From positions 307,148,001 through 307,212,000 of the forward strand of contig OZ024740.1 in assembly GCA_964016885.1 (NCBI GenBank): 64,000 nucleotides of DNA. The letters are read 5' to 3'. The position numbers and the translations under genes are program-made. This DNA comes from Eledone cirrhosa (taxonomy: Eukaryota). The notes beneath the pieces were generated by a model. It made no database searches and was not told the origin of the DNA. It saw only the letters and a program-made list of their open reading frames with translations. Of the stretch, positions 11,716-23,570 are shown piece by piece. Each line of letters begins with the position of its first letter. Position 1 is the stretch's first letter.

Positions 11716-12139
11716 TTAAATGACATTTTGATGGTTCTGACAAGTGTTCCAGTTGATTCAATCACCAGAACAACCTGCTCATGAAATTAATGTGCAGGTG
11801 ACTGAGTATTCCATAGACACTTGTACCCTTATCTTAATTATCAGGAAGGTTCAATGTTTTCTTGTGACATATACACAATTGTTAGAGAGACAGATCGAGA
11901 TTGGTGAGCCAGACTAAGGCATATTTGTAGTATTATGGATTGACTCCAGGCCGCCGGGAAAACATCTGAGGGAGCAATCCCAATAACATGCAGTACTGTC
12001 TGGTCAGGGTCCCCACAGTCACATGCTGGGCTGTCTTTGATTTTCTATCAATGGAGATGATGGGGTGTCTTGGCATGTGTTGCGTGGATCCGATTAAAGG
12101 ACACACATACAGTGTGTATCAAAGCTGGCCCTTTGAATT

Positions 12140-12290
12140 ACAGGAACAACTCATTTTTCCCCGCTGAGCAGACTGGAGCAACATGAAGTAAAGTTTCTTG
12201 CTGAGGGACATAACCTATCACAGAGATTCGAACTTACACGTTTACAATTCTGAGCCAAATACCCTAACCACTAAGACACGGGGTTTCACA
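12140..12290 (-). mobile_element. CORE-type tRNA SINE family B
   Basis: Reverse of tgtcttagtggttagggta..gttcgaatc..gtcc.tcagcaagaaactttacttcatgttgctccag. Confidence 0.7.
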
Positions 12291-12452
12291 GTGTACTAAT
12301 TTGTAGTAATATACGAATAAATATAATTCCCTTAAAAATATCAACAAGCCAACAAAATGAAGAGCAAATTTAAATTTTGGTAATTTAGATCTGGTACCTA
12401 TTAGGGAGCTGTGTTGTGAGATTAGTGCACCTGAGCACTGTACACAATAATT

Positions 12453-12454
<2 letters not shown>

Positions 12455-12508
<54 letters not shown>
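12455..12508. repeat. (ATT)n microsatellite; a second tract lies at 14549-14605
   Basis: Read directly. Confidence 0.95.
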
Positions 12509-12579
12509 GTTCTTTGAGTCTCAGTCATTGATGTTAGTTAACTGGAAAGATTGTTGAAATGAATATCAAGCCACTACCT

Positions 12580-14224
12580 CTCGAACCGGGACGTGGAAAG
12601 GCGGTGTCGGCTTATGCGAACGACATCACCGTGATGGTGTCGAACACCTCAGAAATCGAGGTGGTCGGCACCTTATTGAAGGAATATGAAAGGTTGACAG
12701 GAGCCAAACTTAACCCAGAAAAGTCGGTGGGCTTGCAGCTCGGAACCTGGAGAGGCAAGGCCATGCCGTCCAACAGCGTCGTGGGGCGCTGGACGGACGG
12801 ACTGGTAAAGTTGCTCGGGGTTTGGTTCGGACCAGACCTCCAGGTGGAAAAGAATTGGGACGAGGTAACGAGCAGAGTAGCCAGTCTCACCCCAAAATGG
12901 GCTGGGAGGAAGCTATCACTGAAAGGTCGCGCGGAGGTGGCGAATGCGTACATCGCGTCCGTCATCTACTACCGCCTGACCGTCGTGCCTTGCCCCCGTC
13001 CGCGCCTCGTCAAGCTGGAACGGCTCCTCTTCAAATTCTTGTGGAGAGGACAAGTTCCGTTGGTGAGGCGGTCCATCTGCTGCCAGCACCCTCTACGCGG
13101 AGGGCTGGGCATGACGTGGCTAATGATGCGCAGACATGCGTTGAGGCTGCAACATCTCCAGATATTCTGCCTCAACGGTGAACAGGTGTGGTCGCCGTTT
13201 ATCAGACGGGCCTTTCCGCAGCTCATTTCTTTGACTGAGCTGCAGTCCTGGGTCAAGAAGAGACCGAGACTGGGTGACTGGCACCTGGAATGTTGCCAGG
13301 CACTCACTGCCCTCTACCAAGCGGGCAATGCGATCAGTGGAACTTCCACTCTCGAGTTCTATAGAGGAGTAGTGGTGGGCAAGTGCGATGACGCACTCGG
13401 AGAAGCTTTGGGCCTCGACGAAGTCGAACTGACCAGTCTGTACCGGAGGACTTTTGAGCCGGGGACGATGGACAATTTCCAGAAATCCCTCGCTTGGCAG
13501 TGCTACCGGGGGGGGGGGGGCACTGCCGGTTCAGGATAAACTCTACAGGCACGGAAGTGCTGTCAGACGGACCTGCCCAAGATGCGCACAGAACGACGAA
13601 ACCGTTCTGCACGCACTTGTCCAATGTCCGTGCATTACTGACTTGTGGAGTTATGTCGAACAGCTACTGTCGCGTGTGGAACGAATCCGGCTATCGGCCG
13701 AGTCCATAGTGAAGATCGATCCACCGCCTTCCTTAGGTCAGGAAGAGCAGGAAATTTTCCTCTGTCTGGTGGCAGTTGCGAAAGAGATTATATGGTGGAC
13801 CAGGTTGAAAGGACTAAAGACAGACACTTTTCTCTTCGTCCAATCCCTCATCAACTTCTTCAAGGTGGGTGAATGTGGCGAGAATGGCTCGTGTGAATGG
13901 GCCTACTCTGACCATGCGCCTATAGGCTGGTTAACTTGAGGAGAGGGGTGCTCTCCCTGGGTGCCCTAGAAGCGCAGGGTGGTTCAGGATTGGTGGGGTA
14001 CCTGAAGCACCCCAGGGTCGTACACCCCCTATCGGGGAATTTATTTTGTTATATTTATGCATAGTTTATTTTATATTTTTATATTTTCATTGTTAAATTA
14101 GTCTTGCCATTGTGCACTTTTACTCCACCTTATTGTAAACCCCCACTGTCCCTGTCTTTATATTCTCCCCTACATGTCGGCCCTGGTGGCTAATAAATGA
14201 AATCATTATTATTATTATTATTAA
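12580..14224 (+). mobile_element. 5'-truncated L1/Tx1-clade LINE
   Basis: RT C-terminal half with the catalytic motif mutated to YAND, a frameshift at the poly-G near 13510, zf-RVT CPRC..H..C, AATAAA and an (ATT)n tail. Flanked by a 72-bp duplication. Confidence 0.9.
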
Positions 14225-14546
14225 TGTTCTTTGAGTCTCAGTCATTGATGTTAGTTAACTGGAAAGATTGTTGAAATGAATATCAAGCCACTACCTGCAG
14301 CCTCAGATATTCAGGACGTATGGGAGGGTTCTTGCTGTTCCCAGCAAGCATGCCTTTTGAAGTGTTCCAAAAAACGGGGCGGGGCCAATTTTCTTTAACC
14401 ATCCCTGGAAACTTTTTGAGATAGTACCTAGTGCGCCTATGACAATCGGGACCACTTTGACTTCATGGCAGTTCCAAATCCTTTTTACCTCCCACTTTAA
14501 GTACTGGTATCGGTCAATTTTCTCCCTCTCCTTCTCTTGCAATCTC

Positions 14547-14547
<1 letters not shown>
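14225..14547 (-). mobile_element. R4/Dong-clade LINE 3' fragment (restriction-like endonuclease end plus 3'UTR)
   Basis: EKIDRYQYLKWEVKRIW..VVPIVIGALGTI..LQKACLLGTA, embedded in (TAA)n, the known Dong target. Confidence 0.8.
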
Positions 14548-14605
<58 letters not shown>

Positions 14606-14820
14606 GGCGACCTACGTAGTAAATCGTATCATCGTGAGCTCCGCAAAAGTTTGTTATTTTCAGTTGTTTAAAATTGCCATTCATGGAAAATTTTTATTGT
14701 TAACTGTCTATAAGTGCACATACATTGTTTTCCGAAAAGGACACTAAAAAAGATTGGGGCCTTGAGCCCAAAATTTAAACTTTTATAATTATAAAAAAAA
14801 AAACTTTCTTTGAAAAAAAC

Positions 14821-16763
14821 ATGGACGACTCACAGCCACACGAAGCTGACAGCCTTCCTCACAAACTAACACCTCACACCGACACCACCATCGTAAATAT
14901 TACTACGTTTGCCAACACTAAAAATATAAGCAGTAGTAATATTTTAAATTTGTCTCAGGCAGATATTCATTTCGCGCCATTACCAATGACTGCAGGTGTT
15001 AAAGCCGCCACCACCACCACCACCACCGCGACAACCCCCCCCCCCCCCCCCCCCCCCACCACCACCGCGACAACAGAAACAAAAGAAAAAAATAAATTAA
15101 CTCGTGATATCGAAATTAATTCAACCAAAATGAACTCTTCCACACCGAACACCACTGACGCCACCACCACCACAACTGAAACTAAAATTAATAATAACAA
15201 AAATAACGATAACAACAATAGCAACAATGACATTAAGAAAACCACCCTGAGTTTTGCCAGAGTAGCAAAACAGTGCGAAGCATTTCAGGTAACTCAGGAG
15301 GAATTAGAAGAAGCCAAAAAAATGGTAAAGAAAGATGGGTACAGGGTCAGCCTCACCCCTCACATAATAAAATGGAGCATCGGCGCCTATGCACCGTGTC
15401 TTATCGAACAATTAATATAAAATCGCGCCGAGTGGAACGGGCATCCGAGTCCCAAATCCAAATAGCTTTGGGACATGTGTGGGCAAAAAAACCCCACATC
15501 AGACGTGGGCAGAAATATGGAACCGTGGACGTGTTCTTTGAAACACAACAGGAGGCTAGAGAACACCCCATGGCCCCATTAAGAAGTGACGACTTCACAC
15601 TCGTCCCAAGCTATTGTGGCCAGAGACTCGTAAAGATCAGGGTGACCCACGTTCCACCGGCTATCGAAATTCCCTGGCTAATAGCTGCCGTCCTCGCCGG
15701 CATCGAAGCCAACACCAAGATAATCGAAATAGCGAAAGAAAAGCAGGAGAACTGGTCCGGATCTGGGATGGAGCTCCTGATCCAAGCGGACCATAAAAGC
15801 ATTGAGGAGATCCCAGAGGTAATAGACCTCACTGACGGCAGCCACCTCACCGTAATCGTCGAGGGCAGAAGGCCTAGGTGTGTCGTTTGTGGTGAAGGAA
15901 CCCACCTAAGGGCTTTCTGCCCTCAGGCTAAAAGGTTGAGGCCACCTCTCTTACCCACCCCAGTGACTCAACCATCAACACCACGAGCAGCAGAAATGGC
16001 AGCAACAACAGAAGCAACTGTAACAGCAACAACCCCAGCAACAGTAGCAAAACCAACACCACCACCACCCAACGCGCCAGAACTGGCACCAGCGCCTACA
16101 CCAAAACCAACACCTGTGGAGGATTCTCCACTCCCCGGCTTATCGCAACTGGAGACAGATTGTGACGACGAGGAGTGGGAAACGGTATCAGGAAAAAAGA
16201 AAAAAAGAAAACAAAAACGAAAAAATTCTCTTCCTTCCCCCTCCAAAAACAAAATACAGAGGGAAACAAATAAATTATCCAACAAAAAAGTTAGGACAGA
16301 TATGCCACCATCCACACCAGCATCACCAACCCCATCACCACAAACACCAACACCATCACCATCATTAACCCCAACACCACCATCACCAACACCACAAAAG
16401 TCACCAAAAAGCGTAACAGAAACAAACCCACAACAAACGCAAACAAAACAAAACAACCAAAACGATACACACTACACAGCATTAAATTTGAACAACAACC
16501 AATTATTACACTACATGCAGCACAACACCAGCATCACAGAAAAAGACTACACAACAACCCAAAAGTTCACACCACCTCCACACATACAAATCACTCGCAT
16601 CACACAGAAAACGTACACGACACTAAAACAAAAATTCCCCAAAGACATCGGAGACTTCCGACAAACACTCTCCAGGAGTATTTATAAGGACATCCTTCCG
16701 GAGGAGGGCACAAGCAGTGAAAAGGATGGAGAAACCATCCTTCCCCTACGAGAAGTAAGGTAA
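14821..16763 (+). pseudogene. Tx1-type ORF1 (nucleic-acid-binding, zinc knuckle), one frameshift near 15370
   Basis: Overlapping ORFs 14821-15420 and 15273-16763 contain SFARVAK, the CCHC knuckle CVVCGEGTHLRAFC, WETVSGKKKKRK and a Pro/Thr-rich tail. Confidence 0.8.
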
Positions 16764-16797
16764 GTGGTCTTTCCCATCTTTTCCACTCCATTTCAAC

Positions 16798-19056
16798 ATG
16801 ACCTCACTCAGAATAGGCAGCATAAATGCGCGTGGCTTGGGGTCGTCATGGAAGCAGGGCCACCTGCTCAACGACCTCAGCTCACTAAACATAGATGTAG
16901 TGGCCATCAGCGAGGCCAGAATCTCTGAAAAGCCGATTTCAGCCGCTGAGATAGGGGACGCGCTGAGCCAATGCGGCAAACGCAAATCTCCAGGTTTCGA
17001 CGGTCTACCCTACGAATTTTACGTAGCAATGCCGGACTTATTCTCCGGTCTCCTGGAAGCGGTCTACTGCAACTGGCAACAGAACGGGAGAATTCCCAGT
17101 TCTGTAACCGGGTGCGTAGTCACGGTAATCAGGAAGGACGAGAATAAGGGGGATGACATAGGCAACTTCCGGCCCATAACTCTGCTCAACACAGAGTTAC
17201 AGATTTTGGCCAAGGTGTTGGCAAAGAGGCTGGCGCTTGTCGTCGAGAACCTGGTGGGAGAAGCGCAGACATGCGCAATCCCGACCAGGTCCATACACGA
17301 CAACCTCCACTTCATGCGATACATCATAGAGAGGGTAGGGTGTAAACCCGGCTTCGGTGGGGCCCTGATCAACTTGGATCAGTCTAAGGCTTTCGATAGG
17401 GTTGACCATCGTTACCTGGATGCGGTGCTCGAGGCGGCAGGCTTCGGACCCGTGTCCAGGGGCTGGATTGCTGCAATGCACAACAGCAACATCTGCTCAA
17501 GGGTCAAGGTGAACGGCTACCTCTCGGAGCCGTTCCATATTACGCGATCCATTCGACAGGGATGCCCTCTCTCCTCCCTTCTGTACGTACTGACTCTCGA
17601 GCCACTACTGCGGAAGTTGGAGCTATTGCAGGGCATCCCTCTGGAACCGGGACTGCGGAAAGCGGCGTCGGCCTACGCCGACGACGTGACAGTAATGGTG
17701 TCGAGCGCCTCGCAAATCGAGGAAGTCGCCACCTTACTGAAGGAATACGAAAGTTTCACAGGAGCGAAGCTGAACCGGGACAAGTCCATCGGTTTGCAAC
17801 TCGGATCGTGGAGAGGCAAACCGATGCCTTCCGATGGCGTCGTCGGACGCTGGACGGAAGGACCGGTAAAGCTGTTAGGGGTCTGGTTTGGTCCGGACCT
17901 CCAGGTGGAGAAGAACTGGAACGAAGTGACGGCCAAGGTGTTTGCACTCACCCAGAAGTGGGCCGAGTGCAAACTATCCTTGAAAGGTCGAGTGGAGGTG
18001 GCGAACACTTTTATAGCGTCCGCCATCTACTACCGCTTGACCGTCGTGCCTTGTCCAGCCAAAACGCTCGCCAAAATGGAACGCGCGCTCTTCCAATTCC
18101 TTTGGAAGAGGCGGGCTCCTTTGGTGAGAAGATCCATCTGCTGCCAACACCCTTCTAACGGAGGGCTGGGGATGCCGTGGTTGACGATGCGCAAACACGC
18201 GCTCAGGCTCCGGCATCTGTACGTATTCCTCACCGGACAACCGGTGTGGGCCCCGTTCGTGAGGCGAGCCTTCCCACGACTCGTTTCGCTGACCGAGCTG
18301 CAGTCCTGGGTCAAGCAAAGACCGAGGAAAATGGGCGACTGGCACATCGAATGTGCTCAGGCGCTCACAGCCCTCTGGCAGGCGGACCCGGCGATCAGTG
18401 GAGACTCCACTTCGTCATTCTATAGAGGGTTGGTCCGCAGCAAGTGCGACGACGCGCTCGGTGAAACTCTAGGCGTAGAGGAAGATGAACTGGCCAGTCT
18501 GTTCGGTAGGACCTTCCGCCCGGGACCGATGGACAACTTCCAAAAGTCCCTGGCCTGGCAGTGCTACCGAGGAGCTCTACCAGTTCGAGACAAGCTCTAC
18601 AGACATGGGCGCCCGAGCAGGGACCCTGCAAAAAAGATCTGTCCGAGGTGCGTGCGAGACGAAGAAACCGTCGCGCACGCATTCATACACTGCCCGGGCG
18701 TCACTGACCTGTGGGGCTATGTAGAACGACTATTGTCGCGGGTGGGACCAATCCAGTTGACCACCGAGTCCATTGTCATGATCAAACCGCCACCCTCCTT
18801 CAAAAACGAAGGAGAGGCGGTTTTCCTTTGTGTGATAGCTATGGCGAAAGAGGTTGTATGGTGGACAAGGTTGAAAGGGCTGAGGTCAGACACCTTTCTC
18901 TCCGGCCAACAACTGATTCTTTTTTTCAAATACCACTTTGGAAGAAGAATCAGGATGGAGAGAGAGGTGCTGTACCCCAGCAAGTTTTATGAAAGGTGGG
19001 TGAAAGTAGCGAGAATGGCCCGAGTGAATGGGCCTTCTCTCTATATCAGCCTGTAG
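16798..19056 (+). CDS. Tx1-type ORF2 reverse transcriptase with in-frame loss of most of the endonuclease
   Basis: APE start (IGSINARGL..DVVAISE) is joined directly to KSPGFDGLP. NFRPITLLN, QGCPLS, YADD and zf-RVT are intact. Confidence 0.88.
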   Translation: MTSLRIGSINARGLGSSWKQGHLLNDLSSLNIDVVAISEARISEKPISAAEIGDALSQCGKRKSPGFDGLPYEFYVAMPDLFSGLLEAVYCNWQQNGRIPSSVTGCVVTVIRKDENKGDDIGNFRPITLLNTELQILAKVLAKRLALVVENLVGEAQTCAIPTRSIHDNLHFMRYIIERVGCKPGFGGALINLDQSKAFDRVDHRYLDAVLEAAGFGPVSRGWIAAMHNSNICSRVKVNGYLSEPFHITRSIRQGCPLSSLLYVLTLEPLLRKLELLQGIPLEPGLRKAASAYADDVTVMVSSASQIEEVATLLKEYESFTGAKLNRDKSIGLQLGSWRGKPMPSDGVVGRWTEGPVKLLGVWFGPDLQVEKNWNEVTAKVFALTQKWAECKLSLKGRVEVANTFIASAIYYRLTVVPCPAKTLAKMERALFQFLWKRRAPLVRRSICCQHPSNGGLGMPWLTMRKHALRLRHLYVFLTGQPVWAPFVRRAFPRLVSLTELQSWVKQRPRKMGDWHIECAQALTALWQADPAISGDSTSSFYRGLVRSKCDDALGETLGVEEDELASLFGRTFRPGPMDNFQKSLAWQCYRGALPVRDKLYRHGRPSRDPAKKICPRCVRDEETVAHAFIHCPGVTDLWGYVERLLSRVGPIQLTTESIVMIKPPPSFKNEGEAVFLCVIAMAKEVVWWTRLKGLRSDTFLSGQQLILFFKYHFGRRIRMEREVLYPSKFYERWVKVARMARVNGPSLYISL

Positions 19057-19359
19057 GTTGAGGAAAAGGAGGAGGAGAGGAAAGGAGTACAAGCTCTTCG
19101 TACTCCTGGAGATGAGGGTTGCACATTTTTTTTCGGGGGGTATGTGTTACCCATATAAACTGTCTCCCTCTATTGGGGAAAATCGACTAACTTTTTAAAT
19201 TCCATTTGTGATAACATTTTACACGTTTTTATTGTATGTAAACTTCCCCCTTTGTATTTGTCCCATTCTTTTGTGCCCCTGTGGCTAATAAAGAAATATA
19301 TCTATCTATCTATCTACCTACCTATCTACCTACGTATCTATTTATCTACCTGTTAAAGT

Positions 19360-19436
19360 TATTTTTATGTAAAACCCCCACCGTCACGTCTTGTAATGTC
19401 CCATTTTTGTACGCCCCTGTGGCAAATAAAGAAAGA
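19360..19436 (+). mobile_element. Second short L1/Tx1 3' tail
   Basis: tgtaaaaccccc..gtcccatt..gcccctgtggcaaataaagaaa resembles 19232-19297 and 14133-14200. It lies within (TCTA)n. Confidence 0.7.
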
Positions 19437-19679
19437 TATCTATCTACCTATCTGAAATATATCTATCTATTTGTCTGTCTATCTGCCTATGTCTTTATCA
19501 ATCATAAATCTGCCTGTTTCTAGCCCTACTCTGTATATATGTGTTTATAGATAGCTATTAAATATTTACCAAATAAAATATAACAATGTGTAAATATGTA
19601 TAACTAAATTGTTACCAATAAACTCATATATAATGGACTACTTTAAACTTTACCACCTGTGTGTATTGGATATTTTATA

Positions 19680-19840
19680 TATTGGCAGTGGATTGGCAGT
19701 ATTGGTACATCGTCAGACACCATGCTTTGTAGTATAGAGCTATGGCCCTTTATGTTCTGAGTTCAAATCCCGCCGAAGTTAACTTTGCCTTTCATCCTTA
19801 CGGGGTCGATAAAATAAATCACCAGTAATGCACTGGGTAA
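19680..19840 (+). mobile_element. tRNA SINE family A
   Basis: A box tggcagtattgg, B box gagttcaaatccc and the central domain. Further copies at 27490-27660 (-), 29540-29720 (-), 62885-63040 (-) and 63170-63330 (+). Confidence 0.8.
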
Positions 19841-20507
19841 TTGCAATTATATATATTCATTTATTATGGCTAAGTAGTGAGACTTTACGAGTTTCACCTA
19901 CACAAGATAATCAGACAATGATCCTGTCAATTGTATGTGCAGGTAAAACTTCAGAGTCACAGGTCTCACTACTTAGCCATAATAAATGTATATTTAAACT
20001 CTCCTTTGGTATTGAGTACTCTTTTCTCTCGTCCATCAACTACATATATGTATATGTATGGAGAAATAAGTTCAGTCAGGCTGTATACATTTTATACGTT
20101 AGATTCTGGCATGCATACATATGTATGTCATGTCCCTGCATGTTTAGATCAGCAAGGGCATCCAGTTGTAAAACATTATCACAAAGCATTATGTATTACC
20201 ATGATATATATATATATATATATATATATGATAAAATATTACAGTTTGCTTGAAGTATTGTATATAATATATAACGTAGTAAGAGATAGAAGGCTAAACA
20301 ATGCAAAATGGACTGTAAGATGAGGCAATGAAAAGTAAAAGTTACCTATAATTCTTTGTTTTGTTTTGTTGTTGTTCTTTTATCTGGACAGATACAAGAA
20401 CAACAACAACAACGAAACAAAACAAAGATTACCAGGTAACTTTTACTTTTCATTACCTCATCTTACAGTCCATTTTGCATTGTTTAGCCTTTTATCTCTT
20501 TCAACGT

Positions 20508-20576
<69 letters not shown>

Positions 20577-20711
20577 GCAAAAGTTCTATTTAAAGTTGTT
20601 GGGATACAACAAGTAAATATTTTTATAACTGATATAAAGCACTCGACAAATTTTTGGAGTAGATATACGATATTAATAAATGGAAACTATATTTATTTGT
20701 AAAACTGTTAT

Positions 20712-20787
20712 ATATTGTATTTTGTCTGATGAAGGCATACCATAATTTAATGTGGTATCCCTGAAATATGTATAATGAAATAAATAT
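20712..20787 (+). ncRNA. Type I hammerhead ribozyme inside a short foldback element
   Basis: atattgtattttgt-CTGATGA-agg-c-ataccat..gtggtat-c-cct-GAAA-tatgta-TA-atgaaataaatat, between inverted arms 20663-20696 and 20794-20827. Confidence 0.7.
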
Positions 20788-20840
20788 GGTTTTATAAATA
20801 TAGTTTCCATTTATTAATATCGTATATATATATATATATC

Positions 20841-20913
<73 letters not shown>

Positions 20914-21874
20914 TAACAGATTAAAGTTTAAGCAAAGAATCGCTGCTTTCACCCTTAACGGGATCTTCTGAAACTCATATATGTGTGTATATAATTAAAA
21001 AGTGAAGCTTATCAAATAGAATGGACATATATATATATATATATATAGAATAAGAAAATGCGAAGTAGTTGCAGATGTTAAAGTCGTTTATTGATAAGGC
21101 TGTGATACATATTTCAATGACTTCAGTGGCCATGCAATTCCATGCAACCAGTGCCATGAGCTCATCCAACAGCTTCATTACATAATAAGGTTACGTTCTA
21201 GAGGCAATCGAAAATAAAACGACAAGGGAACGGACAAAGATGATGTTTTTGAAGCCTTCACCTGTATATATAAAATTAAGAGATGAAGCTTATCAAAATG
21301 AATATAACACCTTCAGTCATTTCCTCACTCACTCAATAATCTAATAAGGTCTGTAGTATTAAAATTCAAACCCAACTGATTAGAGTGTACACATACTTTA
21401 ATCAGTGAGGAAGACGACTTTGTGTGGGTTGAAAAATTGATATACCTGGACCGATGCATCAGTTTCTATGATTCCAATCTGCTGGCAGCGTTCCGGGTGG
21501 AACAATCATGTGCAGAATATTAGGTAATGTTAGTATACATTACGTAATTTGTATATATACATAAGAGTAGAAAAGGCCTAATGTTCTATGTTGCAGTGAA
21601 ATAGTCTTTGCTTATTATGGTAGCATATTGAATTATGAATATTCAACATGTTGCCATAGTAAACAAATACAAAATTTACTGTCCCTTTAACATTTTCTTT
21701 TTGACAATGAGAGTTTTCCTTAAATATAAAAAAAACAATCAAATGTTTCCTAGGTAACATTGCAACACCTTTGTTTTTGTTATTTTTAATATTTAATGTT
21801 CTATTTGTATTGCTGTAGCGTTCTAAAATATTGTTTTCTCTATTTCCTACAACTAGTCAAGTAGCAACAACCTC

Positions 21875-21989
<115 letters not shown>

Positions 21990-22221
21990 ACGGCGATAAA
22001 TTAATTTTGCGAGGTTTTTTATATGAAATCGTGTGTCAAAACAAATATTGTTATACTTGGGGAGGGTCATATTTGTGTAATATTGCCAGAATTAATAACA
22101 GAACACACTCACTGTTTGGTTGGTTTTCGCTTTTCGCTTCTGTGTCTTTTATATCGGTAATCTAATTTATTCGGTCCTCAATGTTGTCATTGACTGACCA
22201 ACGGTCAAAAATCATACAGGG

Positions 22222-22668
22222 ATTTCCCTGATCAGCAAAACCTACCCTTTTAAGAAAACCCACTGTACTAATAGGAAATGTATCATATGTAAGGTAAACC
22301 CCCGGATAAACTGTAAAACTAGAAACGTAGTCTATAGCATAAGATGTACAGAGGGTACTTGCAGAAACATGACAACAACATACATAGGCGAGACAGCTCG
22401 TAGCATAGGTGAAAGGATAGACCAACACTGGGGGGAACTAAAAGGACGAAAAAACGGGTCAGTACTATACGAACATGCCAGACAACAACACGACGGTAAC
22501 ATAGACAACATAGAAATTAGAATAATATCTAAACATAGCAATGACCCAGCAGATAGGCAAATCAGAGAGGCCAGTGAAATAGAACTTAGAAGGCCAAGAC
22601 TAAACAGAAAGAATGAATGGAATAACAACAACACCCAAACAAACAACACTGACCTAAGAGAAGTATAA
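22222..22668 (+). CDS. GIY-YIG endonuclease domain of a Penelope-like element, 5'-truncated
   Basis: The frame is open upstream of the listed Met: HCTNRKCIICKVNPRINCKTRNVVYSIRC..YIGETARSIGERIDQH..EH..RQIREA..PRLN. Confidence 0.85.
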   Translation: MSLISKTYPFKKTHCTNRKCIICKVNPRINCKTRNVVYSIRCTEGTCRNMTTTYIGETARSIGERIDQHWGELKGRKNGSVLYEHARQQHDGNIDNIEIRIISKHSNDPADRQIREASEIELRRPRLNRKNEWNNNNTQTNNTDLREV

Positions 22669-22954
22669 ATAAATAAATAAATAGATAAATAAATAAATAA
22701 ATAAATACATACACAAGCACAATAACAACAAACACATATAAACACACACTAGTAAACATAGAATACATTAACCAATACACAGTCACCCAATCACGAACAC
22801 ACATAAAAAAACACACTATACACACACGCAAACGCATGCGCAAAGAAGACAAAATAAAATAAACAAACAAACAAACAAATAAATAAATAAATATATAAAC
22901 AGACTAAATAAAGATGGCGTAGAAATACAATGCAACGGGAGGAATCTATAGCAC

Positions 22955-22992
22955 CACTGACGATGTTGCAGATGTGCAACGAAAGAACTTTG
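22955..22992 (+). ncRNA. Hammerhead-like core
   Basis: ca-CTGACGA-t-gttgc(agatgt)gcaac-GAAA-gaac-TT-tg, with the same GAAAGAACTH signature as 317-359. A decayed homolog lies at 36575-36613 (-). Confidence 0.55.
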
Positions 22993-23191
22993 ATAAACTA
23001 TATATATGTGTTTGTGTCTATATTGTATCTGTATGATTTTTGACCGTTGGTCAGTCAATGGCAACATTGAGGACCGAATAAATTAGATTACCGATATAAA
23101 AGACACAGAAGCGAAAAGCGAAAACCAACCAAACAGTGAGTTCTGTTATTAATTCTGGCAATATTACACAAATATGACCCTCCCCAAGTAT

Positions 23192-23262
<71 letters not shown>

Positions 23263-23265
23263 TAA

Positions 23266-23504
23266 TGCTTTGAGAGGGTCATGTTGCCAATAAGAAACAC
23301 ACGCACCAGTTGCTTTCACTCTTCAATTTATTATAAATTAAATTTATAAATTTAGGAATTTATAAATTTAATTTATAATAAATTGAAGTGAAAGCAACTG
23401 GTGCGTGTGTTTCTTATTAGCAACATGACCCTCCCAAAGCATAACAATATCGGTTTCAACACACGTTTTCAGATAAAGAATCTTGCTAAACAAATTCAGA
23501 AACG

Positions 23505-23510
<6 letters not shown>
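23266..23510. mobile_element. Foldback PLE terminal remnant with almost no spacer
   Basis: Arms about 23266-23352 and 23357-23442; same family as 25-497. Confidence 0.8.
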
Positions 23511-23566
<56 letters not shown>

Positions 23567-23570
23567 TAAT

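Larger units (their letters stand above)
14606..19297 (+). mobile_element. Near full-length L1/Tx1-clade LINE
   Basis: 5'UTR starts after (ATT)n, followed by ORF1, ORF2, a 3'UTR with AATAAA, then (TCTA)n. Confidence 0.9.
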
